Below, piece by piece: positions 24,272 to 33,114 of a stretch of DNA of 33,114 nt. Position numbers and translations under genes: made by a program. A model generated the notes under the pieces. It saw nothing but the letters and a program-made list of their open reading frames with translations, was not told the origin of the DNA and did no database searches. The stretch spans positions 1-33,114 of the forward strand of contig JAUCBJ010003754.1 in assembly GCA_032718475.1 (NCBI GenBank), written 5' to 3'. The stretch comes from Nemertoderma westbladi. Taxonomy: Eukaryota; Animalia; Xenacoelomorpha. Each line of letters opens with the position of its first letter. The stretch's first letter is position 1.

Positions 24272-25240
24272 TTACTTTCTTGTATTATATGTTTTCTGTG
24301 TTCCTCTTTGCTCGCCCCATATTTTAGTAAGTACACCTTCATAAAACGTACAGCGCACACCTGGACGTTTGTACAGGCGCGCATTACACAAAGAGCCGAG
24401 GTATTGTTGGGATGAAGAATTCGTTAGCCATAGCAGCGTACTGATACGACCCAGCAATACAGATTTTCCTTTGGAATAAATTTGGAAACCCCCGATTCCG
24501 GATATTTGGTAATCTGCAAATGGGTTTTCCAAATTTATCAGTATGTTTCATGCATCGCCCTCCCGCACTGTTACAGCTGTGCGTTTGTAAAAATTGTAAC
24601 TGATTTAGAAAATTATTTTTGTCCCGCAAGTCTCGTACTAGTCCTTCCCCAATAAGATCATATAAATTCCGAAACTCCCATGAAATAAACTTTTAGATTG
24701 GCAGCAGATTCTAGATAGTGACACATTGACGCCCTCTTGGAAATAATGTTATAACCATATGTACATTTGGCTTGTTCCCTATGGCCTTCTGGTCTTGGAA
24801 CTCGAACCTGGACCACAAGTTTTTAACATGTCCGCAGGTTGTTCTTTGCTGAACTGCAGCCAATGGAGTACGTAATGTACGGTGCGCACCCACACTCTGA
24901 GCAATACAACACCCCATTGAACAAGTTGAAACTTGCAGTCCTCTGTGTGGCCAGCGGCCGTATTTACGTTTCATGGCGTTGGTAATGGGCGCCACACCGG
25001 GTCTCAGTGTCATTACAAGTCAATGTAATAAAGTAGGTCCAGGGTCTGTCCTTAGTCAGAGCGGCCAGTTTGTTTACCTTTTTTCGACAATCGATCTCGC
25101 TGAAGTTTAATTTATTTTCCCTCATCCCAATACTTACTTTATTTAAGTTTAAAAATTCTAGACTGTGGTTTAGTACTAAGGATGCAGAGTTGTTATTGAG
25201 TTGCGTGTTGAGTAAATTATCAAGTAAATTAAAATATGAG
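24272..25240 (-). pseudogene. Divergent Helitron-like HUH Rep relic, copy B
   Basis: Motif 1 PWTYFITLTCND, a motif-2-like VKNLWSRFEFQDQKAIGNKPNVHMVITL, and LQTHSC...GGRC.K. Frameshifted across several ORFs. Confidence 0.68.
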
Positions 25241-25826
25241 TAATAAGTGGGCATTCAATCCACTACGCAAGTACAGTGAGAAATACAAGGCATGGTATGC
25301 TAGCCACCAGCGAGAATGTACTGAGCACCATATTGGCTCAAATGGTATTATGGAATCTGCACTCGCCATAGACCTTTTCCAACGGTCGAAAGATGGGCTG
25401 ATGTCAGATAACCATGGTGTTCGCTATGCGGATATGGTCTGTGATGGTGACAGCTCATCTTACAAGTCTATATGGGATATATATGGTGCTTGTAACCAAT
25501 GCCAGAGTTATGAACAAATGCCTTGTGCCTTAGTTAGAGAAAGTAGAATTCAATGCTTCTATCATTGGTAAAAAATAAATTGGACTGAACAAACCCATTA
25601 TATTACACCTTTAATTACAGTTGCAACAGCTCATCTCCAATTTATTTAATTAATATCACCTGGCAGCAATACTCGAGCTGAATATTTATTTATTTGTACT
25701 TCCCTCCTGTTTCACTCTAGCATACTTGATGCCGTTAGGTCCGCTGTTAGAGATAGAATATATGCAACTTAAGACTGCCCGTTCAATAGAAGTGGATTAG
25801 GTGGGACTGTGAGTGTCAGGGGCTAG

Positions 25827-25919
25827 TGGCTGAGCTGGTTAGCGCTACTGATGAGGCCTGTTAGGCCGAAACGTACGTATAGCGCTGGTTCAACCCCCGG
25901 TGACGCGCTCTCATTTTTT
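25827..25919 (+). promoter_or_regulatory. Pol III type-2 promoter (A box 25827-25838, B box 25887-25897) and T6 terminator (25914-25919) around the hammerhead; repeated in each unit
   Basis: TGGCTGAGCTGG fits the A-box consensus, GGTTCAACCCC fits the B-box consensus, and TTTTTT follows downstream. Confidence 0.7.
25841..25886 (+). ncRNA. Type I hammerhead ribozyme, copy 1 (predicted cleavage after GUA at 25879)
   Basis: Stem I AGCGCTA/TAGCGCT, core CTGATGA, stem II GGCCT-GTT-AGGCC, GAAA, and a minimal stem III with palindromic ACGTACGT. Confidence 0.93.
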
Positions 25920-26181
25920 CCACTTCTGAACAAACCCATTATATTACACCTTTAATTACAGTTGCAACAGCTCATCTCCAATTTATTTAATTAATATCAC
26001 CTGGCAGCAATACTCGAGCTGAATATTTATTTATTTGTACTTCCCTCCTGTTTCACTCTAGCATACTTGATGCCGTTAGGTCCGCTGTTAGAGATAGAAT
26101 ATATGCAACTTAAGACTGCCCGTTCAATAGAAGTGGATTAGGTGGGACTGTGAGTGTCAGGGGCTAGTGGCTGAGCTGGTT

Positions 26182-26227
26182 AGCGCTACTGATGAGGCCT
26201 GTTAGGCCGAAACGTACGTATAGCACT
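26182..26227 (+). ncRNA. Type I hammerhead ribozyme, copy 2 (one stem I mismatch, TAGCACT)
   Basis: Same core and stems as copy 1. Confidence 0.9.
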
Positions 26228-26522
26228 GGTTCAACCCCCGGTGACGCGCTCTCATTTTTTCCACTTCTGAACAAACCCATTATATTACACCTTTAATTAC
26301 AGTTGCAACAGCTAATCTCCAATTTATTTAATTAATATCACCTGGCAGCAATACTCGAGCTGAATATTTATTTATTTGTACTTCCCTTCTGTTTCACTCT
26401 AGCATACTTGATGCCGTTAGGTCCGCTGTTAGAGATAGAATATATGCAACTTAAGACTGCCCGTTCAATAGAAGTGGATTAGGTGGGACTGTGAGTGTCA
26501 GGGGCTAGTGGCTGAGCTGGTT

Positions 26523-26568
26523 AGCGCTACTGATGAGGCCTGTTAGGCCGAAACGTACGTATAGCGCT
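26523..26568 (+). ncRNA. Type I hammerhead ribozyme, copy 3 (the adjacent B box reads GTTTCAA)
   Basis: Same core and stems as copy 1. Confidence 0.92.
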
Positions 26569-27135
26569 GTTTCAACCCCCGGTGACGCGCTCTCATTTTT
26601 TCCACTTCTGAACAAACCCATTATATTACACCATTGGTAAAAAACACTGGCATGGTCATGAAAGTGTGGATGAGAGTGAAGTACCTGAAAAAAAAATAGA
26701 TTGCCTAAGAGTCAACCACATTTCCTGTGTCAACCATGTACAAAAGCAGATGGGTACAGCTCTTAGGAAGTTTGTTAGTGACACTAAGGGATGACTATGT
26801 GATGGCAAATTTGTAGGTGGTAGGACAGGTAGGCTTACATCAGCTGATCAGGAAGCAATCACCTAAAATGACTGATGCCCAAAATCTTCATGCAATGAAG
26901 CGCAACATCATTGCTTCACTCCGACATTGTATAAAGTCTGGAATTGTCATCGATCGACACAAATTTTGCCCTGAAGGTGACTTATCTTGGTGTGCATACA
27001 AGCGCACTGGTATAGCAGGCCCAGATAAAAGCCATCATCTAGATGCCGTGTTCCTGCCTCTGCTACTGCCCATTTATCGACGATTGTCCCACTCAAATAT
27101 TATTGAAGCGATGTTTGGGAGCATTTACCCAGAAC

Positions 27136-27195
27136 CATCGGAAACTTAAGGTCCGATTATTTAGAGCAGCAGTAGTTCCAGTACTCCTCTACGCA
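27136..27195 (+). mobile_element. Short RTE-LINE fragment on the + strand
   Basis: RKLKVRLFRAAVVPVLLYA resembles RHLKTKFFRATVESVFLYG of the RTE at ~10725-10780. Confidence 0.6.
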
Positions 27196-27312
27196 CCCTC
27201 TAATGATTCTGAGAGTACTCCTAAGTCATCAGCAAAGTCTAGATCAGTTAGGTACTTGGCAGGATTTCCTCGACTTCTGGAGCCAGTAGGTGGAGTTATC
27301 ATCACCCCATCA
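27190..27312 (-). mobile_element. RTE-type reverse transcriptase fragment containing the catalytic FADD motif (27225-27236)
   Basis: SRSRGNPAKYLTDLDFADDLGVLSES matches the RTE-clade RT active-site region. Confidence 0.8.
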
Positions 27313-29234
27313 AAGGATAGTGTCAAAGGATATTCGACACCATTACATTCCATAATACATCGATTGGTAATGTGGCTCTTAGTAACAATGCTCCCTCCCA
27401 TTGGTATAAAAGCCATAGCCAACGTGCAAAGACATGCTCAAAAGCCACTCCTTCGTTAAATCGACTACTTCGCCTTCGCGTGGCTGACGACCTGGGTTCT
27501 TAACTGAGCTCATGCTTCCACCGCTGTGGTTGCTATCATTAATGTTGAAGCCCTTGCTGTCCTCAGGTTCGAGACCCTCCTCATGTTCATATTCTTCGAG
27601 CTTCAATCCACTAGAACTTATACGCCACCCAGTGGGTTGTGCATTTATTTTGGTATCCGATAGCAAGATCAGATCATGGTGAAAAAGGCTCCCCCAATAT
27701 ACTTGGCTATTCGGGTAGCATATTCATTCCCCAACCTATCTAATCCATATCCCAGAAGGCCCATGCCGAACAATCCCACGCAGAAAAGAATGTCTCTCCT
27801 GGCGTGGTATCCACTACTAGTGCGCCGATTACTCAAAAATTGGAGAAACAAGCTCACTAGACCCACAAAAGCGAAAAGAATTGTGGTGATGAGCCAATCC
27901 CCAACAAAGAGGTAACCCACCACAGTCATCACTATGATCTGATCACGTTTGGATCCAAACTGTCTCTCCAACAATACTATCGGGATTCCGGCCCAAAAAG
28001 GGAGAATTCCGATGACAATGGCCCTGTAAAATATCAGATTATGCGGCCATTCGCTACTGGCATCTCGCTCAGACCAAAAATATTGTTCATACAAACGGTT
28101 GCCCGATCCGATCCGATCCGTAAATGATTGCTGCCATCCAGGTATTGATCGATCCAGTAACTAGCAGTATATAGATACCACACAAAGACAGGTAAAACCG
28201 AGTCGTCCACCTGGCAACATACAATATCACGATATTGAGGATGTCCCGAATACATTTGAGATGTGCTACGCTAATCAAGTACGCATACTGCAGCCAATTG
28301 GTTACAAGATAATACAAGTTCTTGGTCCTCCAAATGAAGATTCTCCATCTTTGGCGGCCACGCCCTAGATAGTGGAGCAATCTAAACCGAATGGAGACCA
28401 CCAAGAGATAATCAAAGCGGGCCCACAGGACACGAAAAAAGTATCGTAAAACACGAATCCTCGACCATACCAAAAAATTAAGAGTACGGTTGTAGAGGGT
28501 CGTATGATACTTCCGACGTTTGATCCTGCGGATGCGGTAAGCGATATCACGGGAAAATATAGAGAAACTTCCCCCAATCCCCGTCATCCCAATCAAGTGA
28601 CGCTTAGTCAAAACACGTTTTGTGCATTTGACAAAGATCTTTGCATAGAGAAACACATACAAAACCAGAACACGTCCCCCCCACATCCAATGCACGTGGA
28701 GGGGTTCAACTATAAAAAATGACAATCCTGATTACCATACAACCGATTCGTGACCAGTGAGATTTTCAAAATGATCATCTCTTCCCCCGAGGTCTGCTTG
28801 GCCATCTTCATGGAGGCCCATTTTTCATCAGCCGAGGCTGAAGTAAGCGTGACATCGAGTTTGATGACATACAACAAACTCAATTTCCTATACTTGGCCC
28901 ATTTATCCATACGATCGCGACGTTGCATCTCATCACGGTAATCAGCATCATTCCCCCATGTTTGCTTGGCGCTCTTGGGTATATTTCGACTTGGTAAAGT
29001 CCAATTCCACAGGCAACCGCCTCTCGAACCGATCGGAAGTGCAGTAAAGCCAGTTGAATCCTTGCTATCCAAAGTGTAAACTTTGTACCCAGTGGGCGAA
29101 GTTACATGCTGATCGCCATGGTAAGTGGTCACGTCTACCCCCATAATGGTGGTGGGTTCCATAGTGGCTGCTAAATTCAAGGACTGTTCAATATCTGATG
29201 CGCTGTACTTGGACCCTACTTGCCTAAACAAAAC
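27313..29234 (-). pseudogene. Endogenous flavivirus-like element, 3' part: NS1-like, multi-membrane NS2A/NS2B-like and NS3-protease N-terminal-like sequence, frameshifted
   Basis: A contiguous intronless chain of minus-strand ORFs (28710, 28087, 28034, 27669, 27379) with hydrophobic segments. It ends in VGYGFYTNG/GSIVTKSHIT, which resembles the NS3 GVG...GVFHTMWHVT catalytic-His motif. The NS1 and NS2 labels rest mainly on gene order. Confidence 0.62.
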
Positions 29235-31271
29235 TGTTACGATATATGGCGCTGTGTACTATTATCAGCCCATTATACGGTATAGATATTTAGATAAGCC
29301 ATAATGACGCGCAATCATATTCAGATAAGGAAATTAAAATGCCCATATTTTGAATTTTATCCATTTTGTACAGTATGCAGTCCTACCTATGTAATTTTGT
29401 AGTAAAATATAAATAGATAGTTCCACGGTAGCGAGTTTCCTGTACAACCCTGGATGTAAGCTTGCTGTTATTAGTATCAATAGGATTAACCGTGTATTTG
29501 TTTTAATTTCCATTGTATTTGCGCTAAATTAGATTTTATGTACTGTGCTTTAATGTGTCGCAAAATTAAGTAACGCAATCATTACCATATATGGTAATAA
29601 TTTGCGATTTCGAAAGCCATTAGGTTCACAATCCGGCTTCCTTATTGGCCTAGCTGCTTCTAGGCTGGTCTAATGGTAGCGCGGATTGGGGAACCAATGA
29701 GAGGATTATTGCATCATCCCTGTTGCATCATCCTTTAGGAATCACCTATAAATTGGCTGTATTTTCTTATTACTATTATTATTACTACTGCTACCGTTGT
29801 TTAATTTTCTTAGTTGCATTATAGTATAATTTCTCGCTTCTGTAATTCCATTCGTTTTCCTGCAATAATTAGCAATTTTTTGTAATTTCTGCTTATTTCT
29901 CGTGTTTCTCACTTTAATCTCGATGATTACTGCAAATTACAATCAGAACTATGATTTCTACCCTTTGATTAATGGTTCTATGTGATTAAGATGCGATAAT
30001 CCCATGGGATTTCTCTAGACTGTCAGACTGTGTGATTGCATGCGCCGTTCCGGTAGCCACTCACTAGATGGAGGGCTAAGGTACCGGGGGGTAGCGACGA
30101 AGGGAGTGCGGAGGATTCAAAGGCGAGCAACGCTGGCGGGGGGTCACCGTTGCGGTCGGAGGGCTAGCAGTGTAGAGGGAAGACTGATCGCTGGTACAGT
30201 AATTAGGGGGCTGATGATCCAGATTTTGTCTCTATTTTGTAGTATTAGGGGGGCAGGAATCGGGTTAGTTAGGAAGCCTACATGTACCCGAGAGAGGCCT
30301 TCGTGCTTTAAATTGTAAATTGTAAATTGTGAGTTGCGAATTACGAATTGTGAATTGCGAACTGCAGACTGAAATTGTACATTTGGGAACTACAAATTGG
30401 TAAGTATCGACTATTGATCATTACTCTGATTGGTGTGTTGCTAGAGTGTGCCTAGTTAGATTATGAATGCTTAGATAGGTGCCCTTTTCCCTTGATTGAT
30501 TTCTATTTCTTAGTTTACGATAAATAATTACTGATTAGGCAAAATTAATACGGTATTTAGGCAGTTACTAGTGTAACCCGTTGCGTAATAAATTAAAATT
30601 GCGCATTCTGGAACACTTAGTAATTAGTACGCTGTTTTATATTTGTGACTGTAATTAATTAGTAAAATTAAGAATTTGTACGCAGCATAGCGGAGAGTAG
30701 TTAAGGTAATAATTTGGAGTACTGTAAACTATTCACGCTGGGCGGTTATTTGAAATTAGCGGACAATAAGCTAGATAGCAGTATCCAAGACGCAGTATAC
30801 AGTAGTAAATTGCTGGCCTAAAGCCAGCCGAAGGCAAGTTTAGACCCATAGTATCAGTCCCCGATAGACATTCTGTCCCATTTTTGAATTATTTAAATAT
30901 TCTCACATTCACCCATTCCGTTAGGGAACCCCAGTATTTGCGATTGGAAAAGGCACGTTTATTTGTGCGTTTTAGCAGTAGGATTAGGCGATAAGAATAC
31001 ACTCTGAGTGTCAAGCCTCTCGTTTTAAGTAGCTTAGGGAGCCGATTCGGGTTTATTGTTTGGTTATTCCCGCGTGGCTCATAGATTCGAACAGTTAACT
31101 CTCTACCGAGCGATCGGTAGAGAAAGGAACAAGCGATTTGCAGGAGCCGTATAAAATTAGTAAAATATATTAGCGGACAGCAGGTTAGCGCCATCCAATG
31201 GTAAGTAGCAGTTTTGTGTATAGCAGTTGTGTAGTAGTAATAGCGCGCTCCTGATCGCCCCTTGCTTAACA
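29235..31271. mobile_element. 2037-bp apparently non-coding insertion with TGTTA...TAACA termini (solo-LTR-like) splitting the viral element
   Basis: TG...CA ends with a short inverted terminal match. Removing it restores an in-frame join (KQTPVLD|VLFRQVG). No TSD was seen. Confidence 0.5.
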
Positions 31272-32560
31272 GTCAAGCACGGGTGTTTGCTTGTTTAACA
31301 AAAACTTCAAAGCATTCAAGCCAACATTAAGATCACGCGTGTCCATGTACACATGTTTGCTATGCCCTGACCAATATCCAATAGGATTAATTCTTATTCC
31401 AAAACGCCAGTTCCATACATAGTCCTTTAGCTGTCCCAAGGCCAGGCTGTAAGTTCCTCTATCAAACTCCAATCCTAAAGCGGTAAACCAGCGTGATTCT
31501 TTCACGAATTTGGACATATTGGGTGCTTCGATGGTGAGAGATCCAGCTTCCAATGCAGTTATTATATCTTTCGCTGCTTGATCTCGCCATTCAAGAGACT
31601 ATGTATTCTTCCCGGTGACAAAGACTTAAAATGCACTGGAAAGCCATTATCAGTGGCCGAACCAAAAGTCAGAGCACTATGCGGATTATTCACTTCAGCA
31701 GAAGTGCCGGTAGTATGCATCCAGGGTGTGTTGATGACATCCTCAAATCGATGTGCACTTTCCACCACCTGGCAATCGTTTCCATTACAGAATACCCATA
31801 AATAAGGCATCATCTCCAAGTGATTGTCACAATGCATCCTAAAAGTTCCTATAGTTGGTAAAGTGCAGTGAGTTTCAGCACTAGTGCCATCAATCTCCAT
31901 TCTGCACACCTTCTTGGTACCTCTAATATTGGCAGTGACATCAACGTGCGCCCTGGCTTTCTCCAAGTTCATCACTTCATACTCCCACACGTATTTGCTC
32001 ACGGCTGCTGAGCCGCTGAGCTTGATACAAGTGCACAAAGGTCCTTCACCAAAGAGTCCACAGCCATTCCCCCACCCTCGGGATACCACTCCATTGTGAC
32101 AAACATCGTGTTCCCTTGGCTTACAATTGGGTGGTGTGCCTCTGGGACACCCCCAAAGAGTGGGACATCACTTGTGATCTTGTGGCCTAGTTGGATAGGG
32201 TAAACCCACGAAAAAGCCCATCCACCATTCATTTCTGCATCATGGCTGGCTATGTAGAAATTTCTCTTAGGATCAGTCACACGCAGAAACTTGCATTCAT
32301 CCCCACGCAGCATCATGTTGATCTGAACATTTTTGCTGCCTTGGATAGTTTCCAAGTTCTCAATCGAAGTACAATGATCATGTAAATAAGTAACATCCAG
32401 GTCGACAGCATCATGTTCAGCTGCATACACTTTCAGAATAGAACCAGTCAACCCGCTGAGTCCAACGAGTATAAACAACATTCCTGGGATAGGACTTTGG
32501 ATGTAACATAAAGTTAAGATTCCAGTCATCAGGAATCCAATACTAAAGATGTTCTCACAT
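31272..32560 (-). pseudogene. Endogenous flavivirus-like element, 5' part: prM-like membrane anchor/signal and envelope (E) class II fusion glycoprotein
   Basis: GCPRG...DVCHNGVVSRGWGNGCGLFGEGPLCTCIKL (fusion loop at 32048-32080) matches flavivirus C....VDRGWGNGCGLFGKG...TCAK. Downstream G...MHC, RFEDVINTPW and NNP..ALTFG parallel E domain II. Frameshifts near 32150 and 31560. Confidence 0.88.
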
Positions 32561-32562
32561 AA

Positions 32563-32720
32563 GTGTTAAAATTGTTGTGCCAGCACCAAATTTTTAAAAA
32601 TAAGCAAATTTATCAACATATATTATCACCTGAATCCGATGAAATCATTTAAAACAGCACTATCTCAAACCTGTACTATTTCATCATGGATACGAAATTT
32701 GGTGCTAGCACCAAATCTTT
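32563..32720 (-). repeat. Dispersed repeat related to 22895-23105, marking the 5' boundary of the viral element
   Basis: AAAATTGTTGTGCCAGCACCAAATTTT, CCTGAATCCGATG and the TTTGGTGCTAGCACCAAA palindrome. Confidence 0.7.
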
Positions 32721-33114
32721 ATAAAAGAAATCCAAACATAACCTTATACAACGCCGATTTATGACCATGCATTAAAATTAAACTGTATGCTAATGCAATG
32801 CTCGTTTACTTTGTGGCTCGCCCTACATTTTAGAAATAAATGTATACCATGTCCCGGTATACCATGTCATCTGAATTCCAGTCCGACAGTAAATGTGAAC
32901 TGCGCCGTAAGACAAGTTCATCGTCGCATCCCCCCATTCGTTGTAACATCTGCGCTTGCGTTGCAGATCGCAAGCGCAGATTGCGTCACCTGCAAATATA
33001 ATTAACCAAAAAAACATAATTAGAAAATACATAAAAATGTACTCACTACATTTCAATATACTGCGTAGCAAAAATCGTCTTATCAATTAATAAGCGACAG
33101 ATTAGATCTGCAAT

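Larger units (their letters stand above)
25576..26631 (+). mobile_element. Non-LTR retrozyme-like insertion: 341-bp monomer x 3 plus 25 bp, flanked by the 13-bp TSD CATTGGTAAAAAA
   Basis: Units start at 25585, 25926, 26267 and 26608. TSD copies lie at 25563-25575 and 26632-26644. One hammerhead per unit. Confidence 0.9.
25240..27135 (+). pseudogene. Mutator-like/Kolobok-type DDE transposase relic, interrupted by the retrozyme array and truncated by an RTE fragment
   Basis: Before the array: HQRECTEHHIGSNGIMES...LFQRS...GVRYADMVCDGDSSSY. After it: CVNHVQKQMGTALR, GGRTGRLT, HKFCPEGDLSWCAY and CLGAFTQN. The superfamily label is uncertain. Confidence 0.8.

Noticed and set aside
25819-25910. Bona fide tRNA gene
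   Set aside because: The anticodon arm is replaced by the hammerhead and there is no canonical T-arm or acceptor geometry. Reported instead as a tRNA-like ribozyme unit.
30040-31194. ORFs 30040..30318 and 30889..31194 as gag or other retroelement genes
   Set aside because: No recognisable motifs; they lie inside the apparently non-coding insertion.
32823-32990. Possible minus-strand exon after TTTGCAG
   Set aside because: It is short, near the window edge, and has no identifiable homology.

Overview
This is AT-rich eukaryotic genomic DNA, probably from an invertebrate (the host cannot be determined from the window), and it is a dense nest of mostly decayed mobile elements. The supplied ORF track uses bacterial start codons and misses GT-AG splicing. 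There are three main finds. (1) A ~5.2 kb minus-strand endogenous flavivirus-like element (~27310-32560). It has a near-canonical flavivirus E fusion loop (C..VVSRGWGNGCGLFGEG..TC.K), followed by NS1-like, membrane and NS3-protease-like sequence. It is split by a ~2 kb insertion, and its 3' end runs into an RTE-type LINE reverse transcriptase fragment. (2) An array of 3.07 copies of a 341-bp unit (25585-26632). Each unit carries a type I hammerhead ribozyme between Pol III A and B boxes in a tRNA-like frame. The array is flanked by a 13-bp target-site duplication inside a dead DDE transposase, as expected for a retrozyme. (3) A 4-exon Cys-rich gene of unknown family (75-~4783) with an 81 x 30-bp minisatellite in its last exon, plus a diverged paralog on the minus strand. 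Also present: two piggyBac relics (one with a 257-bp-arm palindrome), one canonical and two divergent Helitron-type HUH Rep relics, a non-autonomous Helitron, RTE and CRE-like LINE ends, a 1.5-1.7 kb inverted repeat pair, and several minisatellites. All family assignments come from reading motifs by eye; no database search was run.
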